A stretch of DNA of 64,000 nucleotides from Candidatus Woesearchaeota archaeon (GCA_020343615.1 CP070803.1:143686-207685), one strand, 5' to 3'. Shown: positions 10,062 to 20,284, counted from the first letter of the stretch. Notes: generated by a model from the sequence alone, not told the origin. Numbers and translations: made by a program.

Positions 10062-11003
10062 GTGAATAAAATGAAAAAAGAATTTAATCCAAATAATTTC
10101 TATCAACGTAGAAGCTTAGCTTCTGTTTTAGGACAGATGAATAAACGTTTATGGGAATTGCAACCTGACCTTCAAGGTAAACATGTTTTTGTTCCTGGAA
10201 ATCTTGAAGATGAAATGGCTTTGTTGTATGCTACTATAGATGTAGACAAAGAAAAGTATGGAGAATCAATATATCAAGTTCAAGAAACATATAGAGACAA
10301 AATAAACTCTATTTTAGATATTACAAACCCGTTCAGGAAAGTTGCTTCCGAAGCAGTAGCTTTAGTATTATGGAATACACCTGAAGCTTTTAGAGTTAAT
10401 ACTAAAGATGGGATAGAGCTTAACAGTGGAAATTTATCTGCAATTTACTTTAATGGTAGAAAAATACCTGCTTACCCTGATTTTATGAATCTTATAAGTT
10501 CTTTTTTACAAATAGAATACATAAGAACCACTGGTGGTGCAGATGTTATTGTTGGTGGTGAAAGTGCAGGGATACCTTATGGTACGTGGTTTGCAAAGGA
10601 TACTTTTATGCCGAATGGTTACGTGAGGAAAAAACCTAAGGGTTATGGTACTACAGATCAAATAGAAGGAACAGTAGGTCCTGGTGATGACGTAAAGTTA
10701 ATAGAAGATTTGATAACTGACGGTGGAAGTAAGCTGACTTTTATAAAGGGTATAAGAAATGAAGGTGGCACTATAGAAGATGTTTTTGTAGTTATTGACA
10801 GGCAACAGGGAGGCAAAGAAACATTAGAAAAAGTCGATGTTAATTTGCACTCTCTTACAACAATGGAAGATATTCTAAATGTAGGATTAGAGTATGAATA
10901 TATTAATGATGGAGAATTAAAAAGTATTAAAGAATATTTAAATGATCCTAAAGCTTGGCATGAAGCACGAACAGAGCGACCATGGAATCCTCCTAAAAAA
11001 TAA
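10062..11003 (+). CDS. pyrE: Orotate phosphoribosyltransferase with N-terminal extension
   Basis: LNSG..SAIYF, GESAGIP, YVRKKPKGYG loop, IEDLITDGGS PRPP motif, IDRQQGG. Confidence 0.88.
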   Translation: MNKMKKEFNPNNFYQRRSLASVLGQMNKRLWELQPDLQGKHVFVPGNLEDEMALLYATIDVDKEKYGESIYQVQETYRDKINSILDITNPFRKVASEAVALVLWNTPEAFRVNTKDGIELNSGNLSAIYFNGRKIPAYPDFMNLISSFLQIEYIRTTGGADVIVGGESAGIPYGTWFAKDTFMPNGYVRKKPKGYGTTDQIEGTVGPGDDVKLIEDLITDGGSKLTFIKGIRNEGGTIEDVFVVIDRQQGGKETLEKVDVNLHSLTTMEDILNVGLEYEYINDGELKSIKEYLNDPKAWHEARTERPWNPPKK

Positions 11004-11017
11004 ACTAAACCCTAAGG

Positions 11018-11806
11018 GTGAATAAAATGCTATTCACAAATAAAGAAAAGGTTTGTAAGGCAATATATGACTGTAATCCTGTAAACATGAATGGGGTTGA
11101 AAAGCCTGCTTTTGAATACGGTAAATTTATTTTTACTTCGGGTAAGATTCAAATCTTTAAAATTAATCATAGAGTCATAACGTCGGACCCTAAAAAAAGA
11201 AGGGATATAGTTGACGAACTAACATATGTTGCTAGAGATTGGAACGCAGATCATATAGTTTCTTCTGAATCTGCCGGTATTCCGTGGGGTACTCTTGTTG
11301 CATATGAACTGGGTGTTGGTTCTTCAGTAATAAGACAAAATGGAGAGTTAATGGGAGTTATACCTAAAGACGTAGAGCGAATATGTGGTGTTGATGATTT
11401 GAATACAACTTATAGAACACTCCTCTGTGTGGTAAAGGGTGTGAAATCTCTGGGAGCAGATATAAAGAATTATACTGTGATTGTTGATAGAGAAGAATAT
11501 ACACCTGAAAATGAAGCTGAGTTTAAAAAATTAGGAATTAAATTAATTCCTTTAGTTACGGGCGCAGAACTTATTGACTATGGACTTGAAAAAGGACTGG
11601 TAAGAAAAGATAAAATTGAACTAATTGAACAATATAAAAAGGATTCTGATGCAGTCGTTCTTAAAATTATTAAGGAAAATCCGGAATGGGTTCTTAATCA
11701 TAAAAGATTAGATAGAACATATGAATTTTATAAAAATAATGATAAGATTAAAAAGGCCTTAGAAGAACTTATAGAGTCAGATAACTCAAAAGAAAAAACT
11801 CATTAA
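11018..11806 (+). CDS. Second, divergent orotate phosphoribosyltransferase-like protein
   Basis: GKFIFTSG, SESAGIPWG, VDDLNTT, IVDRE; catalytic RKxxK loop absent. Confidence 0.75.
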   Translation: MNKMLFTNKEKVCKAIYDCNPVNMNGVEKPAFEYGKFIFTSGKIQIFKINHRVITSDPKKRRDIVDELTYVARDWNADHIVSSESAGIPWGTLVAYELGVGSSVIRQNGELMGVIPKDVERICGVDDLNTTYRTLLCVVKGVKSLGADIKNYTVIVDREEYTPENEAEFKKLGIKLIPLVTGAELIDYGLEKGLVRKDKIELIEQYKKDSDAVVLKIIKENPEWVLNHKRLDRTYEFYKNNDKIKKALEELIESDNSKEKTH

Positions 11807-11883
11807 AATAAAGAACTTTATTTAATATATATATTTTTCTTCTTTTTTATACAAATTTTTTTAAAGTTAAGATAGAGATTACA

Positions 11884-11917
11884 GAGAGGTTTTCTGACCT
11901 CCCTGGAGGACAAGATG
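11884..11917 (+). promoter_or_regulatory. Leader GAGGT-TTTCTG-ACCTC-CCT-GGAGG (alternative SD-sequestering hairpins), copy 1
   Basis: Near copy at 14237-14267; TATA-like TTTTAAAG about 25 nt upstream. Confidence 0.5.
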
Positions 11918-12907
11918 AAAGAAGGATATAAACTCCCGAAAGATTTCTTTGAGAAGGAAAAAGCAGCTTTGGTTAAGATAGAATCTGGACTTATAGACGG
12001 TGCAGTAAATTACCTAAGAAAAAATGCCTTTACACAAGTTATACCGCCGCATCTAACTAGAGCAACTGGAGCTTGTGAAAATATAGACACGATGTTTGAG
12101 GTGGATTACTTTGGTAATAAATCATTCCTGTCTCAAACAGGACAACTATATTTAGAGTCTTTTATCTCGGAATTAGGAAATGTCTATTGTATTGGTCCTA
12201 GTTTTAGGAAAGAACCATCTGCAGATGCCAGACATCTTACAGAGTTTACATTGATAGAACTAGAGTTTCCTACAAAAAACGGATTGGAAGAACTTATGAC
12301 ACATGTTGAAGGAATAGTATCTTCGATGATAAACAATGTGGTAGAGAATAATCATGAAGATCTACAAACAGTAAATGCGAATATAGAAAGATTAGAAAAC
12401 CTAACAGTTCCTTTTGAGAAGATAACGTACAACAAAGCATTGAATATCTTAAATAATAATGGATCTAGCATGAAGTGGGGGAGTGACTTAAAGAACAAAC
12501 ATGAATTGTTTATAACAGAACACTCTGGTAAAAAACCAGTATTCATAACACATTATCCGCAAGAGATGAAATTCTTCAACATGGAGCCTAATGAAGAAAA
12601 TCCTAAGATAGTAAACAGTACCGACCTTATACTGCCAGATGCTGGAGAAGCAGTAGGCGCTGCTTGCAGAATATACAAACCAGACCAACTAATCAACAGG
12701 CTAGATGCTTCAAGTATGATGGGACAATTAAGAAAAAAAGGAGTGGAAATGGACGCCTTTAGCTGGTACGAAGACGTTGTGGCTAAACATGGTATGCCTC
12801 ATGCTGGCTTCGGAATGGGGCTTGGAAGAGTGATGAAGTATGTAACGGGAGCAGAGGACATTAGAGACTGCACTGCATTCCCAATAAATGCAGCAGTGAT
12901 ATATTAA
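11915..12907 (+). CDS. AsnRS-like protein lacking the anticodon-binding domain (archaeal asparagine synthetase type)
   Basis: LSQTGQLYLE, GPSFRKE, RHLTEFTLIE, PHAGFGMGLGR; 330 aa with no N-terminal OB fold. Confidence 0.85.
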   Translation: MKEGYKLPKDFFEKEKAALVKIESGLIDGAVNYLRKNAFTQVIPPHLTRATGACENIDTMFEVDYFGNKSFLSQTGQLYLESFISELGNVYCIGPSFRKEPSADARHLTEFTLIELEFPTKNGLEELMTHVEGIVSSMINNVVENNHEDLQTVNANIERLENLTVPFEKITYNKALNILNNNGSSMKWGSDLKNKHELFITEHSGKKPVFITHYPQEMKFFNMEPNEENPKIVNSTDLILPDAGEAVGAACRIYKPDQLINRLDASSMMGQLRKKGVEMDAFSWYEDVVAKHGMPHAGFGMGLGRVMKYVTGAEDIRDCTAFPINAAVIY

Positions 12908-13219
12908 ATGAAGAAACAGTGGAAAAGTGAAAAGGGTACAATCCCTAAATCTAAGTTATTGGAAATAATTAATAGCTCTCTTCCAGGATCGTCCTCTTCG
13001 GAAGAGATAATTTCTAATTTTGAAGAAACAATAATCGACCTCGTAGCCAAAGGCTACAGAGTCAGAACCGGTTTAGGATCATTTTATCCTGTTCATTGGG
13101 AAACTAGGGAAGTCGAACTATCTGGAGAAAAAAGAACAGTTATTGGAAGAAATATAGTTATGTATAATGCTAGCAAAAATTTTAAAGACAGAGTTAAATC
13201 ATTAACTTATGAGAAGTAA
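12908..13219 (+). CDS. HU/IHF-like DNA-binding protein
   Basis: KSKLLEII..IIDLVAKGYRVRTGLGSF..GEKRTVIGRNIVMYNASKNFKDRV follows the HU pattern. Confidence 0.75.
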   Translation: MKKQWKSEKGTIPKSKLLEIINSSLPGSSSSEEIISNFEETIIDLVAKGYRVRTGLGSFYPVHWETREVELSGEKRTVIGRNIVMYNASKNFKDRVKSLTYEK

Positions 13220-13220
13220 T

Positions 13221-14162
13221 ATGGATCTAAGTACAAAGCTAGCTGGAATAACATTAAGGAATCCTACTATGAATGCATCAGGCGTACTCATAATTTTTCC
13301 TCCGATGATGAAAGCATTTGAAGATCACGGTATAGGCGCAGTAGTTGGTAAGTCTGTAACGAAAGAGCCTAGAGAAGGGAATAACGGACCTACTGTAATT
13401 CAACGCAGTGAAGATGTTTGTATGAATCGCATGGGCTTACCTAATCCAGGTGTAGAAGAATATATTGAAGAAATAAAAAAATATGAGTTTAATATACCTG
13501 TAATTATTAGCGTTGCTGGCTTTTCGTTAGAAGAATATGTGTCTAATGCTATAAAAGGTGTAGAAGTTGGAAAAATAATTGAAGTGAATCTATCTTGTCC
13601 TAATGTAGAGGGAGGGACTATCTGCTTTGCTATTGATCAAACATATAAAATATGTAGAGAAATCGTAGACAATGTGGATGTTCCTGTTTTTAGTAAGCTT
13701 TCTCCCTATACTAACCTTCTCGGATTAAATAAGACGATAGATGCTGTATATAAAAGTGGGGTAGACGGAATAACTTTAACTAACACTGCTCCTTCTTTAA
13801 GTATAATCTCTTTAGATATAGCTGTAAATGAGAGGCGTAATAATAACCTCTTTAAGGGAGGGTTATCTTCAAAGGCTCTTTTTCCAATTAGCCTAAGAAA
13901 CGTTTACGAAGCTAGTAAATACATTGAAAAAGAAGGTCTAGAATTAGATCTCATCGGGGTTGGAGGTATAGAAACACATGAAGAAATGATAAGTTATATT
14001 CTCTGTGGGGCTAAGGCAACTCAGTTTGGTTCTGCAGCAGCCTTACATTTTAATGAGAATTATAAAGAAATTCCTAGATCTCTATGCAATGGTTTGGAAG
14101 ATTTCATGAGAGATAATAATTACAAATCACTTGAAGATTTTAGAGGAGAGGTATATAGATAA
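13221..14162 (+). CDS. pyrD: Dihydroorotate dehydrogenase, family 1
   Basis: NPTMNASG, KSVT..PREGN, NRMGLPNPG, EVNLSCPN, KLSP, LTNT, GGLS, IGVGGI. Confidence 0.95.
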   Translation: MDLSTKLAGITLRNPTMNASGVLIIFPPMMKAFEDHGIGAVVGKSVTKEPREGNNGPTVIQRSEDVCMNRMGLPNPGVEEYIEEIKKYEFNIPVIISVAGFSLEEYVSNAIKGVEVGKIIEVNLSCPNVEGGTICFAIDQTYKICREIVDNVDVPVFSKLSPYTNLLGLNKTIDAVYKSGVDGITLTNTAPSLSIISLDIAVNERRNNNLFKGGLSSKALFPISLRNVYEASKYIEKEGLELDLIGVGGIETHEEMISYILCGAKATQFGSAAALHFNENYKEIPRSLCNGLEDFMRDNNYKSLEDFRGEVYR

Positions 14163-14236
14163 ATCGATAGAGTAAGGCTCTAAATATATTATTCTCTCTT
14201 ATATAAATCCTTTTAAAGCAAAATTATGTAATTTAA

Positions 14237-14267
14237 AGAGGGTTTCTCGCCTCCGCGGAGGATAATG
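14237..14267 (+). promoter_or_regulatory. Leader GAGGG-TTTCTCG-CCTCC-GC-GGAGG (alternative SD-sequestering hairpins), copy 2
   Basis: Near copy of 11884-11917; TTTTAAAG about 25 nt upstream. Confidence 0.5.
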
Positions 14268-14522
14268 ACATCGAATAGTACAAATGATGTAGAACCATCA
14301 AGGATTATAACTAATTTAGAAGGAAAGTTGGGGAAAGGGATAAGAGATGAAATATTAAGAATGTTAAAAGGTGGAAAAAAAGTGCATATAAATAAATTAG
14401 GATATTTCTATAGCCAAAATTGGTCGGGTAAAAAAATCATTGGCTTTTCACCGTATCCCTGCGCTTTAAGTAATTTAAACAACGGAAAAAACGTTTATAT
14501 AAATAACCAGAAAAGGTATTAG
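14265..14522 (+). CDS. Small HU-like protein with shortened arm
   Basis: EILRMLKGGKKVHINKLGYF..IGFSP resembles the HU core; GGAGG SD. Confidence 0.5.
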   Translation: MTSNSTNDVEPSRIITNLEGKLGKGIRDEILRMLKGGKKVHINKLGYFYSQNWSGKKIIGFSPYPCALSNLNNGKNVYINNQKRY

Positions 14523-15217
14523 ACCTGCTCCACTTTTCGCAGACCTTTGTTTCTGATCTCGAAGTACGCTGCCTTTCCAGAGGGAATACTTCTATGCTTT
14601 ACTACTGTTGCTTTCTTTATCGCATCAATACTTTCAAGTTTTACAATGCATTTTGACCAATACTTAAGCAGATCTCCTCCTACCATTTTAACATCCTGCT
14701 TCTTTTGAAAATCTGCATAAACTTGATTCATAACTAAAATGGGTAGTTCTTTCTTTCTAGCAATTTCTGCTAAGGTCCTTAACAGCCTTGCCATAGCCCT
14801 GTTTGTTTTTAATGCATCTTCTTTTTCTCCTAGCTCTAAACGATACAATAAAGCAATAGAATCGATGATTATCATCCCTATCCTAGATTCCGCATTAACT
14901 ATTTCCTTAACTTCATTTACTGCCTCTATCTGCTCCTGAAAAGAAGTTGGCTTAAGGAAAATGATATTGTCTATTATTTTTTCATAATCTTCTTCTATCT
15001 GATGAGCTCTGTCCTTTGAGAAGCTTCCTTCAGAGTCAATATAAACCACTTTTTTGCCCTGCCTTGCTAAGTTAACTGCTGATAGAATACCTATGTTGCT
15101 CTTGCCAGTTCCTGAGGCTCCGTAGATAGTTGTGATTATCCCTGACTCATATCCTCCATTCAAAAGCTCATCAAGAACTTTACTTCCACTAGAAACTTTT
15201 TTATGATTTAGTGCCAT
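14519..15217 (-). CDS. radB: DNA repair protein RadB
   Basis: LDELLNGGYESG, GASGTGKS, YIDSEG, IIIDS, NQVY, C-terminal KHR. Confidence 0.95.
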   Translation of the reverse strand: MALNHKKVSSGSKVLDELLNGGYESGIITTIYGASGTGKSNIGILSAVNLARQGKKVVYIDSEGSFSKDRAHQIEEDYEKIIDNIIFLKPTSFQEQIEAVNEVKEIVNAESRIGMIIIDSIALLYRLELGEKEDALKTNRAMARLLRTLAEIARKKELPILVMNQVYADFQKKQDVKMVGGDLLKYWSKCIVKLESIDAIKKATVVKHRSIPSGKAAYFEIRNKGLRKVEQV

Positions 15218-15260
15218 ATAATAGTAATAAGAGGTAGTTAATTATATTAATCTTTTCAAA

Positions 15261-17525
15261 ATGGAAAATAAAAGATTTCGTTTAAAAGTTGCTGAAGCTG
15301 AGCAAGAAGATGTTAACAAGGGCATTGTTAGACTAGATAGGGAAGTACTAAAAGAACTAAAAATAAACGAGGGAGACGTTGTTGAGTTAGAGGGTGAGAG
15401 AAAAACTGGAGCTATTGCTGCTCGTGCTTTTCCAAGAGATATTGGATTGGGAATCATTCGTATGGATGGTTTAACAAGGAAGAATGCCGGTATTGGTGTA
15501 GGTGAAAGGGTAACTGTAGTAGCCATAGAAAAAAAAGAAGCCAAACAGATTACATTAGCTCCTGCTCAAAAAGGCATTAGCGTACAGATGAATCCTGAAA
15601 CTGCTAAGAATGCTCTACGTAATAGAATTCTTACTAAGGGAGATATTTTATCTTTAGGCGGGGTTCAAAGAAGATCCTCTGCTGGAGGTCCTTTTGATGA
15701 CCTATTCAAAGAAATGGAAATGGGTTTCGGTGGACTCGGTAATTTCGGATTTAGAGATATAAAATTTGTAGTAGTTAATACAAATCCTGCTGGTTCTGTG
15801 GTTATTGGGCCAATAACTAACATTGTTGTAAACCCTAAAGCTGTTCATATTGGAGAAGAAAGGATTCCTGAAGTTGCATATGAAGATATTGGTGGGTTAA
15901 AGGAAGAAACTAAGAAAGTTAGGGAAATGATCGAGGTTCCTCTAAAACATCCGGAAATTTTCAAGAGATTAGGTATTGTGCCTCCTAAAGGAGTTCTATT
16001 GTATGGTCCTCCTGGAACTGGTAAAACTCTGTTAGCTAAAGCTGTAGCTAATGAGTCTGAGGCTAATTTTATTTCAATTAATGGTCCTGAGATTATGAGT
16101 AAGTTTGTAGGTGAAGCAGAAAAGAAACTAAGACAATTATTTGAGGACGCTGAAAAAGGTGCTCCTTCAATTGTATTCATAGATGAATTAGACGCTATTG
16201 CTCCGAAAAGAGAAGAAAGTTATGGTGAAGTTGAAAGAAGAGTAGTAGCACAGTTGCTTGCATTAATGGATGGTCTAAAAGGCCGAGGTAAGGTAATTGT
16301 TATCGGAGCTACCAACAGACCTAATGCATTAGATCCTGCTCTAAGAAGAGGAGGCAGATTTGATAGAGAGGTTGAAATTGGCGTTCCTAATCAAAAAGGA
16401 AGATTAGAGATATTAAAGATTCACACAAGAAACATGCCTTTAGCTAAAGATGTAAACCTAAAGGAATTCGCTGCTGTAACTCATGGTTTTGTGGGTGCTG
16501 ACTTAGAAGGTTTATGTAAGGAAGCAGCTATGAATGTTATAAGAAGACTGCTACCTAAATTCAAATTTGAAGATTATGAGCATATTCCTAAGGAAGTTCT
16601 TGAAAAGTTAATTGTTAATAGAGCAGATTTCAAACAGGGTTTAAAGTTGGTCAGACCTTCTGGAATGAGAGAGATATTCATTGAAACACCTAAAGTTAAA
16701 TGGGAAGACATAGGTGGATTAGAGGACGTAAAACAAGAATTAAAAGAAGCTGTAGAATGGCCTCTAAAGAATCCGGAAGTATTTGACAGAATGGGAATTA
16801 AAGCACCTAGAGGCATTTTCCTTTATGGTCCTCCAGGATGTGGAAAGACCCTACTTGCTAAAGCTGTAGCTAATGAGTCTGAGGCTAATTTTATTTCAAT
16901 CAAAGGTCCAGAATTACTATCTAAATGGGTTGGCGAGTCTGAAAAAGCTGTAAGAGAGATTTTCAAGAAAGCTAGACAAGTTTCTCCAACTATTGTTTTA
17001 TTCGATGAAGTTGATGCTTTAGTTCCTAAAAGAGGAGCTGTTAATGAAGGAACTATGGTTGGGGAAAGAGTGGTTGACCAAATTCTTTCAGAAATTGATG
17101 GCTTAGAAGAACTAGCAGATGTTGTAGTTATTGCTGCCACTAACAGACCTGACCTAATAGACCCTGCATTAATCCGGGGAGGTAGATTAGATAGACATAT
17201 TCTCGTAACAGCCCCTGATGAAAAAGCAAGAGAAGTTATTCTCAAAATACATACAAAGAACATGCCTTTGGACAAGGATATAAACATAAAAGACCTTGCT
17301 AAGGAAATGATAAACTTTTCTGGGGCAGACATAGAAACAACTGCTAGAGAAGCTGCTATGCTAGCATTACGAGAGGATATGAAAGCGAATAAGGTATCAC
17401 TAAAACAATTCAGAAAAGCCATGCAAAAAATAAGTCCTTCAGTCTCTGAAAATGTAAAGGGAACCTATGATGATATGCTAGCTAAGAAAATTAAAGCTAG
17501 TTCAGCTCCTGACTACATGGGCTAA
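15261..17525 (+). CDS. cdc48: CDC48/VAT AAA+ ATPase
   Basis: N domain plus two AAA modules ([29 protein letters not shown]). Confidence 0.97.
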   Translation: MENKRFRLKVAEAEQEDVNKGIVRLDREVLKELKINEGDVVELEGERKTGAIAARAFPRDIGLGIIRMDGLTRKNAGIGVGERVTVVAIEKKEAKQITLAPAQKGISVQMNPETAKNALRNRILTKGDILSLGGVQRRSSAGGPFDDLFKEMEMGFGGLGNFGFRDIKFVVVNTNPAGSVVIGPITNIVVNPKAVHIGEERIPEVAYEDIGGLKEETKKVREMIEVPLKHPEIFKRLGIVPPKGVLLYGPPGTGKTLLAKAVANESEANFISINGPEIMSKFVGEAEKKLRQLFEDAEKGAPSIVFIDELDAIAPKREESYGEVERRVVAQLLALMDGLKGRGKVIVIGATNRPNALDPALRRGGRFDREVEIGVPNQKGRLEILKIHTRNMPLAKDVNLKEFAAVTHGFVGADLEGLCKEAAMNVIRRLLPKFKFEDYEHIPKEVLEKLIVNRADFKQGLKLVRPSGMREIFIETPKVKWEDIGGLEDVKQELKEAVEWPLKNPEVFDRMGIKAPRGIFLYGPPGCGKTLLAKAVANESEANFISIKGPELLSKWVGESEKAVREIFKKARQVSPTIVLFDEVDALVPKRGAVNEGTMVGERVVDQILSEIDGLEELADVVVIAATNRPDLIDPALIRGGRLDRHILVTAPDEKAREVILKIHTKNMPLDKDINIKDLAKEMINFSGADIETTAREAAMLALREDMKANKVSLKQFRKAMQKISPSVSENVKGTYDDMLAKKIKASSAPDYMG

Positions 17526-17566
17526 TTTTCAAGAGTGATGAGTAATTGTTATAAATAGACACTCTT

Positions 17567-17971
17567 ATGTTTTTATTAGGGGTGTTAAACTTGGCAGACA
17601 GACCTCTTGGTGTAACAATAATTGCTGTTTTAGGTATACTTGGTGCTTTGATAACAATTCTTGGTGGACTTGGTGCGTCTGTAGGTGGAACATTTTTAAG
17701 TACATTCAGTGGCGGAACCGTAGCTGGCCTAATAAGTGGTGCTTTGTTAATAGCCCTTGGAATAGTATTAATCATAGTAGGTATAATTTGGTTAGTTTCT
17801 TATTATTGGTTATTTAAGATGAAGAAGCTAGGCTGGCAATTAGTAATTATATTTGGAATAATATCTCTAATACTAAACATAATTGGTTTCGCAGCAGCGT
17901 CTAAATTAGGTATAGTATTAACTGTAATAATAATCGTGTACCTATGGATAAAAAAAGACTTGTTTACTTAG
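17567..17971 (+). CDS. Four-TM membrane protein (RPLGVTIIA type)
   Basis: Hydrophobic helices; start may be TTG at 17591 after GGGGTG. Confidence 0.75.
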   Translation: MFLLGVLNLADRPLGVTIIAVLGILGALITILGGLGASVGGTFLSTFSGGTVAGLISGALLIALGIVLIIVGIIWLVSYYWLFKMKKLGWQLVIIFGIISLILNIIGFAAASKLGIVLTVIIIVYLWIKKDLFT

Positions 17972-17982
17972 TCCTTTATTTT

Positions 17983-18171
17983 TTATTTCTTAAAAGCTAA
18001 GTACATTGGTTTTATAGCTATTATTATTGCTATTATTAGTAATATCCAAGGATTTATTAGTAATTGTGGGAATAGGGCTGCTAAAAAAATACCAAAGACT
18101 AAGGAGCTTAGCTTCAACAAGCCTATATCAATAGGTTTTGCTCTTTTTAAGAAGTTGTCCCACATTTTCAT
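17983..18171 (-). CDS. Small two-TM membrane protein
   Basis: 62 aa, two hydrophobic segments. Confidence 0.65.
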   Translation of the reverse strand: MKMWDNFLKRAKPIDIGLLKLSSLVFGIFLAALFPQLLINPWILLIIAIIIAIKPMYLAFKK

Positions 18172-18223
18172 TGTACTTTAGAATTGGTATTAATTATATT
18201 AAAACGTTGCTAAAAAGTGCATA

Positions 18224-18322
18224 TGCAGGAGGCAGGGTTTGAACCTGCGAAGGCACTAAGCCACGTGGTTTCTCATAAGAAGAACTTGAGCCACGCCCTT
18301 TTGACCACTCAGGCACTCCTGC
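18224..18322 (-). tRNA. tRNA-Leu(CAA) with 15-nt canonical intron (18270-18284)
   Basis: GCAGGAG/CTCCTGC acceptor, CGTGG-CTCAAG^intron^A-CCACG, long variable arm; BHB helix CTCA/TGAG. Confidence 0.95.
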
Positions 18323-18365
18323 ATAAATAATACTATTCTAAAAATGCATATAAAAAAGTTTAGAA

Positions 18366-18494
18366 TTAGGCAGCTTTCTTCTTCTGGTACTTCCTTCTAC
18401 GTTTTTTCTCGTTAATCTTCTTACGTCTCCACTTCCATCTACTTCTCTTTCCTGCTCTGTTCTTCTTCTTCCAAGCTCTACTACTTCTTTTCAT
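18366..18494 (-). CDS. rpl41e: Ribosomal protein eL41 (aS32); absent from the ORF track
   Basis: MKRSSRAWKKKNRAGKRSRWKWRRKKINEKKRRRKYQKKKAA, 42 aa. Confidence 0.85.
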   Translation of the reverse strand: MKRSSRAWKKKNRAGKRSRWKWRRKKINEKKRRRKYQKKKAA

Positions 18495-18531
18495 GGTTAT
18501 TAAAGATTGATAAAAGCCTTTAAAAAGCTTA

Positions 18532-20214
18532 TTACATTAGCTCAACTTCTTTAATTCCTAATAAATTCAAACTATTTTTCAGTGTTTGAGTAAAGGTGGA
18601 TACTAATGCTAATCTTGCTTTTTTTATCTTATCTTTAGCCTTAATTACTGGACATTTTTCATAGAAATTAGAGAACAATTTAGACAAATCATAAGCATAA
18701 TTAGCTATTAAATGAGGTGAATAGGATTCTGCTGCTTTTTCTATGATTAATGGAAAGTTGGATATTTTCTTAATTAGTTCATATTCCGAATCAGAGTTTA
18801 ACAACTCTAAATTTGTAAAACTTGGCTTAACTTTGGCTTTTTTTAGTATCTTTTTAGCCCTAACTAATGCATACTGTAGATAAGGACCTGTATCTCCTTC
18901 ATAAGATAATGCTTTGTCTAGATCAAATGGTATTCTTTTTTTATTGGATTTATTTAACATCATATAAATCATTGCTCCAACTGCTATTTTATCTGCTATT
19001 TCTTTTTGTTTTTTAGTAGATAATTTTGGATTTTTCTTCTTAACTTGCTTTGATGCTTTTTCCTTAGCTTTATTTGCTAACATTGAGTAAAGCGGTGCAT
19101 CTCCTAATCTAGAAGAGAACTTCTTCATGTTCTTATCTAAAACTAGTTCATAACTCAGATGATATAGTTGTTTTGCTTTATCAAAACCTAATATTTTCAG
19201 TGTTTTGAAAAGTTGCTTAAAATAGAAGTCCTGTTCTGCACCTACAACGTAAATGCTTCTATCTAACTTGTAATCTTTGAATTTCCTCTGAGCCATTGCT
19301 AGGTCTTTAGTAATGTATAAAGCAGTTCCGTCAGCTCTTAGGAGAGGTTTTTTACCTAATTGATATTTTTCAAGATTTATTATTGGTGCTTTGTCTTCAT
19401 ACTCTACTAAATGGTGTTTTTCTAGTTTCTTCACAACGTCTTTTCCAGAAACAATAAAGTCTTTGTCATAATAAATATAATCAAATTTTGCACCTAGTTC
19501 TCTATAAATCCTATTAAATTCTTTAACGCTCCAGTTATTTAATTTATTAAGAAGAGATACCCACTCTTTGTTTTTTTTATCTATCTTCTTCTGTATCTCT
19601 AGAACTTCCTTTTCATAATTTGGTTTTTCCTTTAGCTTAAAGACAGCTTCAGAATAGATCTTGCCAACCCACTCTCCTTTATTTTCAACTTTTGACTCTT
19701 TTTTCTTAAAGAACTTCTTGTAAGCCCACAAAGTCTTAGCAACATGGCTTCCTGTGTTATTATAGTAATTAGCTTTAATCACCTTATAGCCATCTTTTTC
19801 TAAGATTCTATAGAGAGCTGCTCCTAAAGCAGTATTTCTTAGGTGACCTACATGAAAGCCTTTTAGCGGATTAGGATTAGAATATTCGACTATTATTGTC
19901 TTCTTCTTGTTGCTTGCTTTGCCATATTTGTCTTTTTCTTTGTTTACTTGTTTTATAACAGACTCTGCTAATTTACCTTTATCAAAGTAAAAATTAAGAT
20001 AGGGTCCTGCTGTTTTTATCTCTTTTACTATAGATTTTTGAGGTATTTTTATCTTAGATTTTAAATCATCTGCTAATTTCTTGGGATTTTTTGAAAGATT
20101 AAAACAGGGCAAGGATAAGTCTCCTAACTTAGGATCTGGAGGAACTTCTAGTAATTTATCTGCTCCTTTTACACCTTTTAGAAGTTTTACAACTTCTTTT
20201 TTTGCTTCTTGCAT
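18532..20214 (-). CDS. argS: Arginyl-tRNA synthetase
   Basis: EYSNPNPLKGFHVGHLRN, DGTALYITKD, GDTGPYLQYA, DALR domain. Confidence 0.97.
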   Translation of the reverse strand: MQEAKKEVVKLLKGVKGADKLLEVPPDPKLGDLSLPCFNLSKNPKKLADDLKSKIKIPQKSIVKEIKTAGPYLNFYFDKGKLAESVIKQVNKEKDKYGKASNKKKTIIVEYSNPNPLKGFHVGHLRNTALGAALYRILEKDGYKVIKANYYNNTGSHVAKTLWAYKKFFKKKESKVENKGEWVGKIYSEAVFKLKEKPNYEKEVLEIQKKIDKKNKEWVSLLNKLNNWSVKEFNRIYRELGAKFDYIYYDKDFIVSGKDVVKKLEKHHLVEYEDKAPIINLEKYQLGKKPLLRADGTALYITKDLAMAQRKFKDYKLDRSIYVVGAEQDFYFKQLFKTLKILGFDKAKQLYHLSYELVLDKNMKKFSSRLGDAPLYSMLANKAKEKASKQVKKKNPKLSTKKQKEIADKIAVGAMIYMMLNKSNKKRIPFDLDKALSYEGDTGPYLQYALVRAKKILKKAKVKPSFTNLELLNSDSEYELIKKISNFPLIIEKAAESYSPHLIANYAYDLSKLFSNFYEKCPVIKAKDKIKKARLALVSTFTQTLKNSLNLLGIKEVELM

Positions 20215-20257
20215 ACTTATTTCTAAATACTAAGATTATTTAATGTTTTTGAAAAGG

Positions 20258-20284
20258 AGGTGCTCACTAATCTAAGGAGCACCT
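20258..20284 (-). terminator. Hairpin AGGTGCTC/GAGCACCT across the stop codon of the 120-aa ORF
   Basis: 8-bp inverted repeat followed by CCTTTT on the minus strand. Confidence 0.35.

Noticed and set aside
15242-17775. Antisense ORFs within cdc48 (and similar ones in top6B, proS, metG, tuf, fusA)
   Set aside because: Shadow frames of conserved genes with no recognisable motifs.
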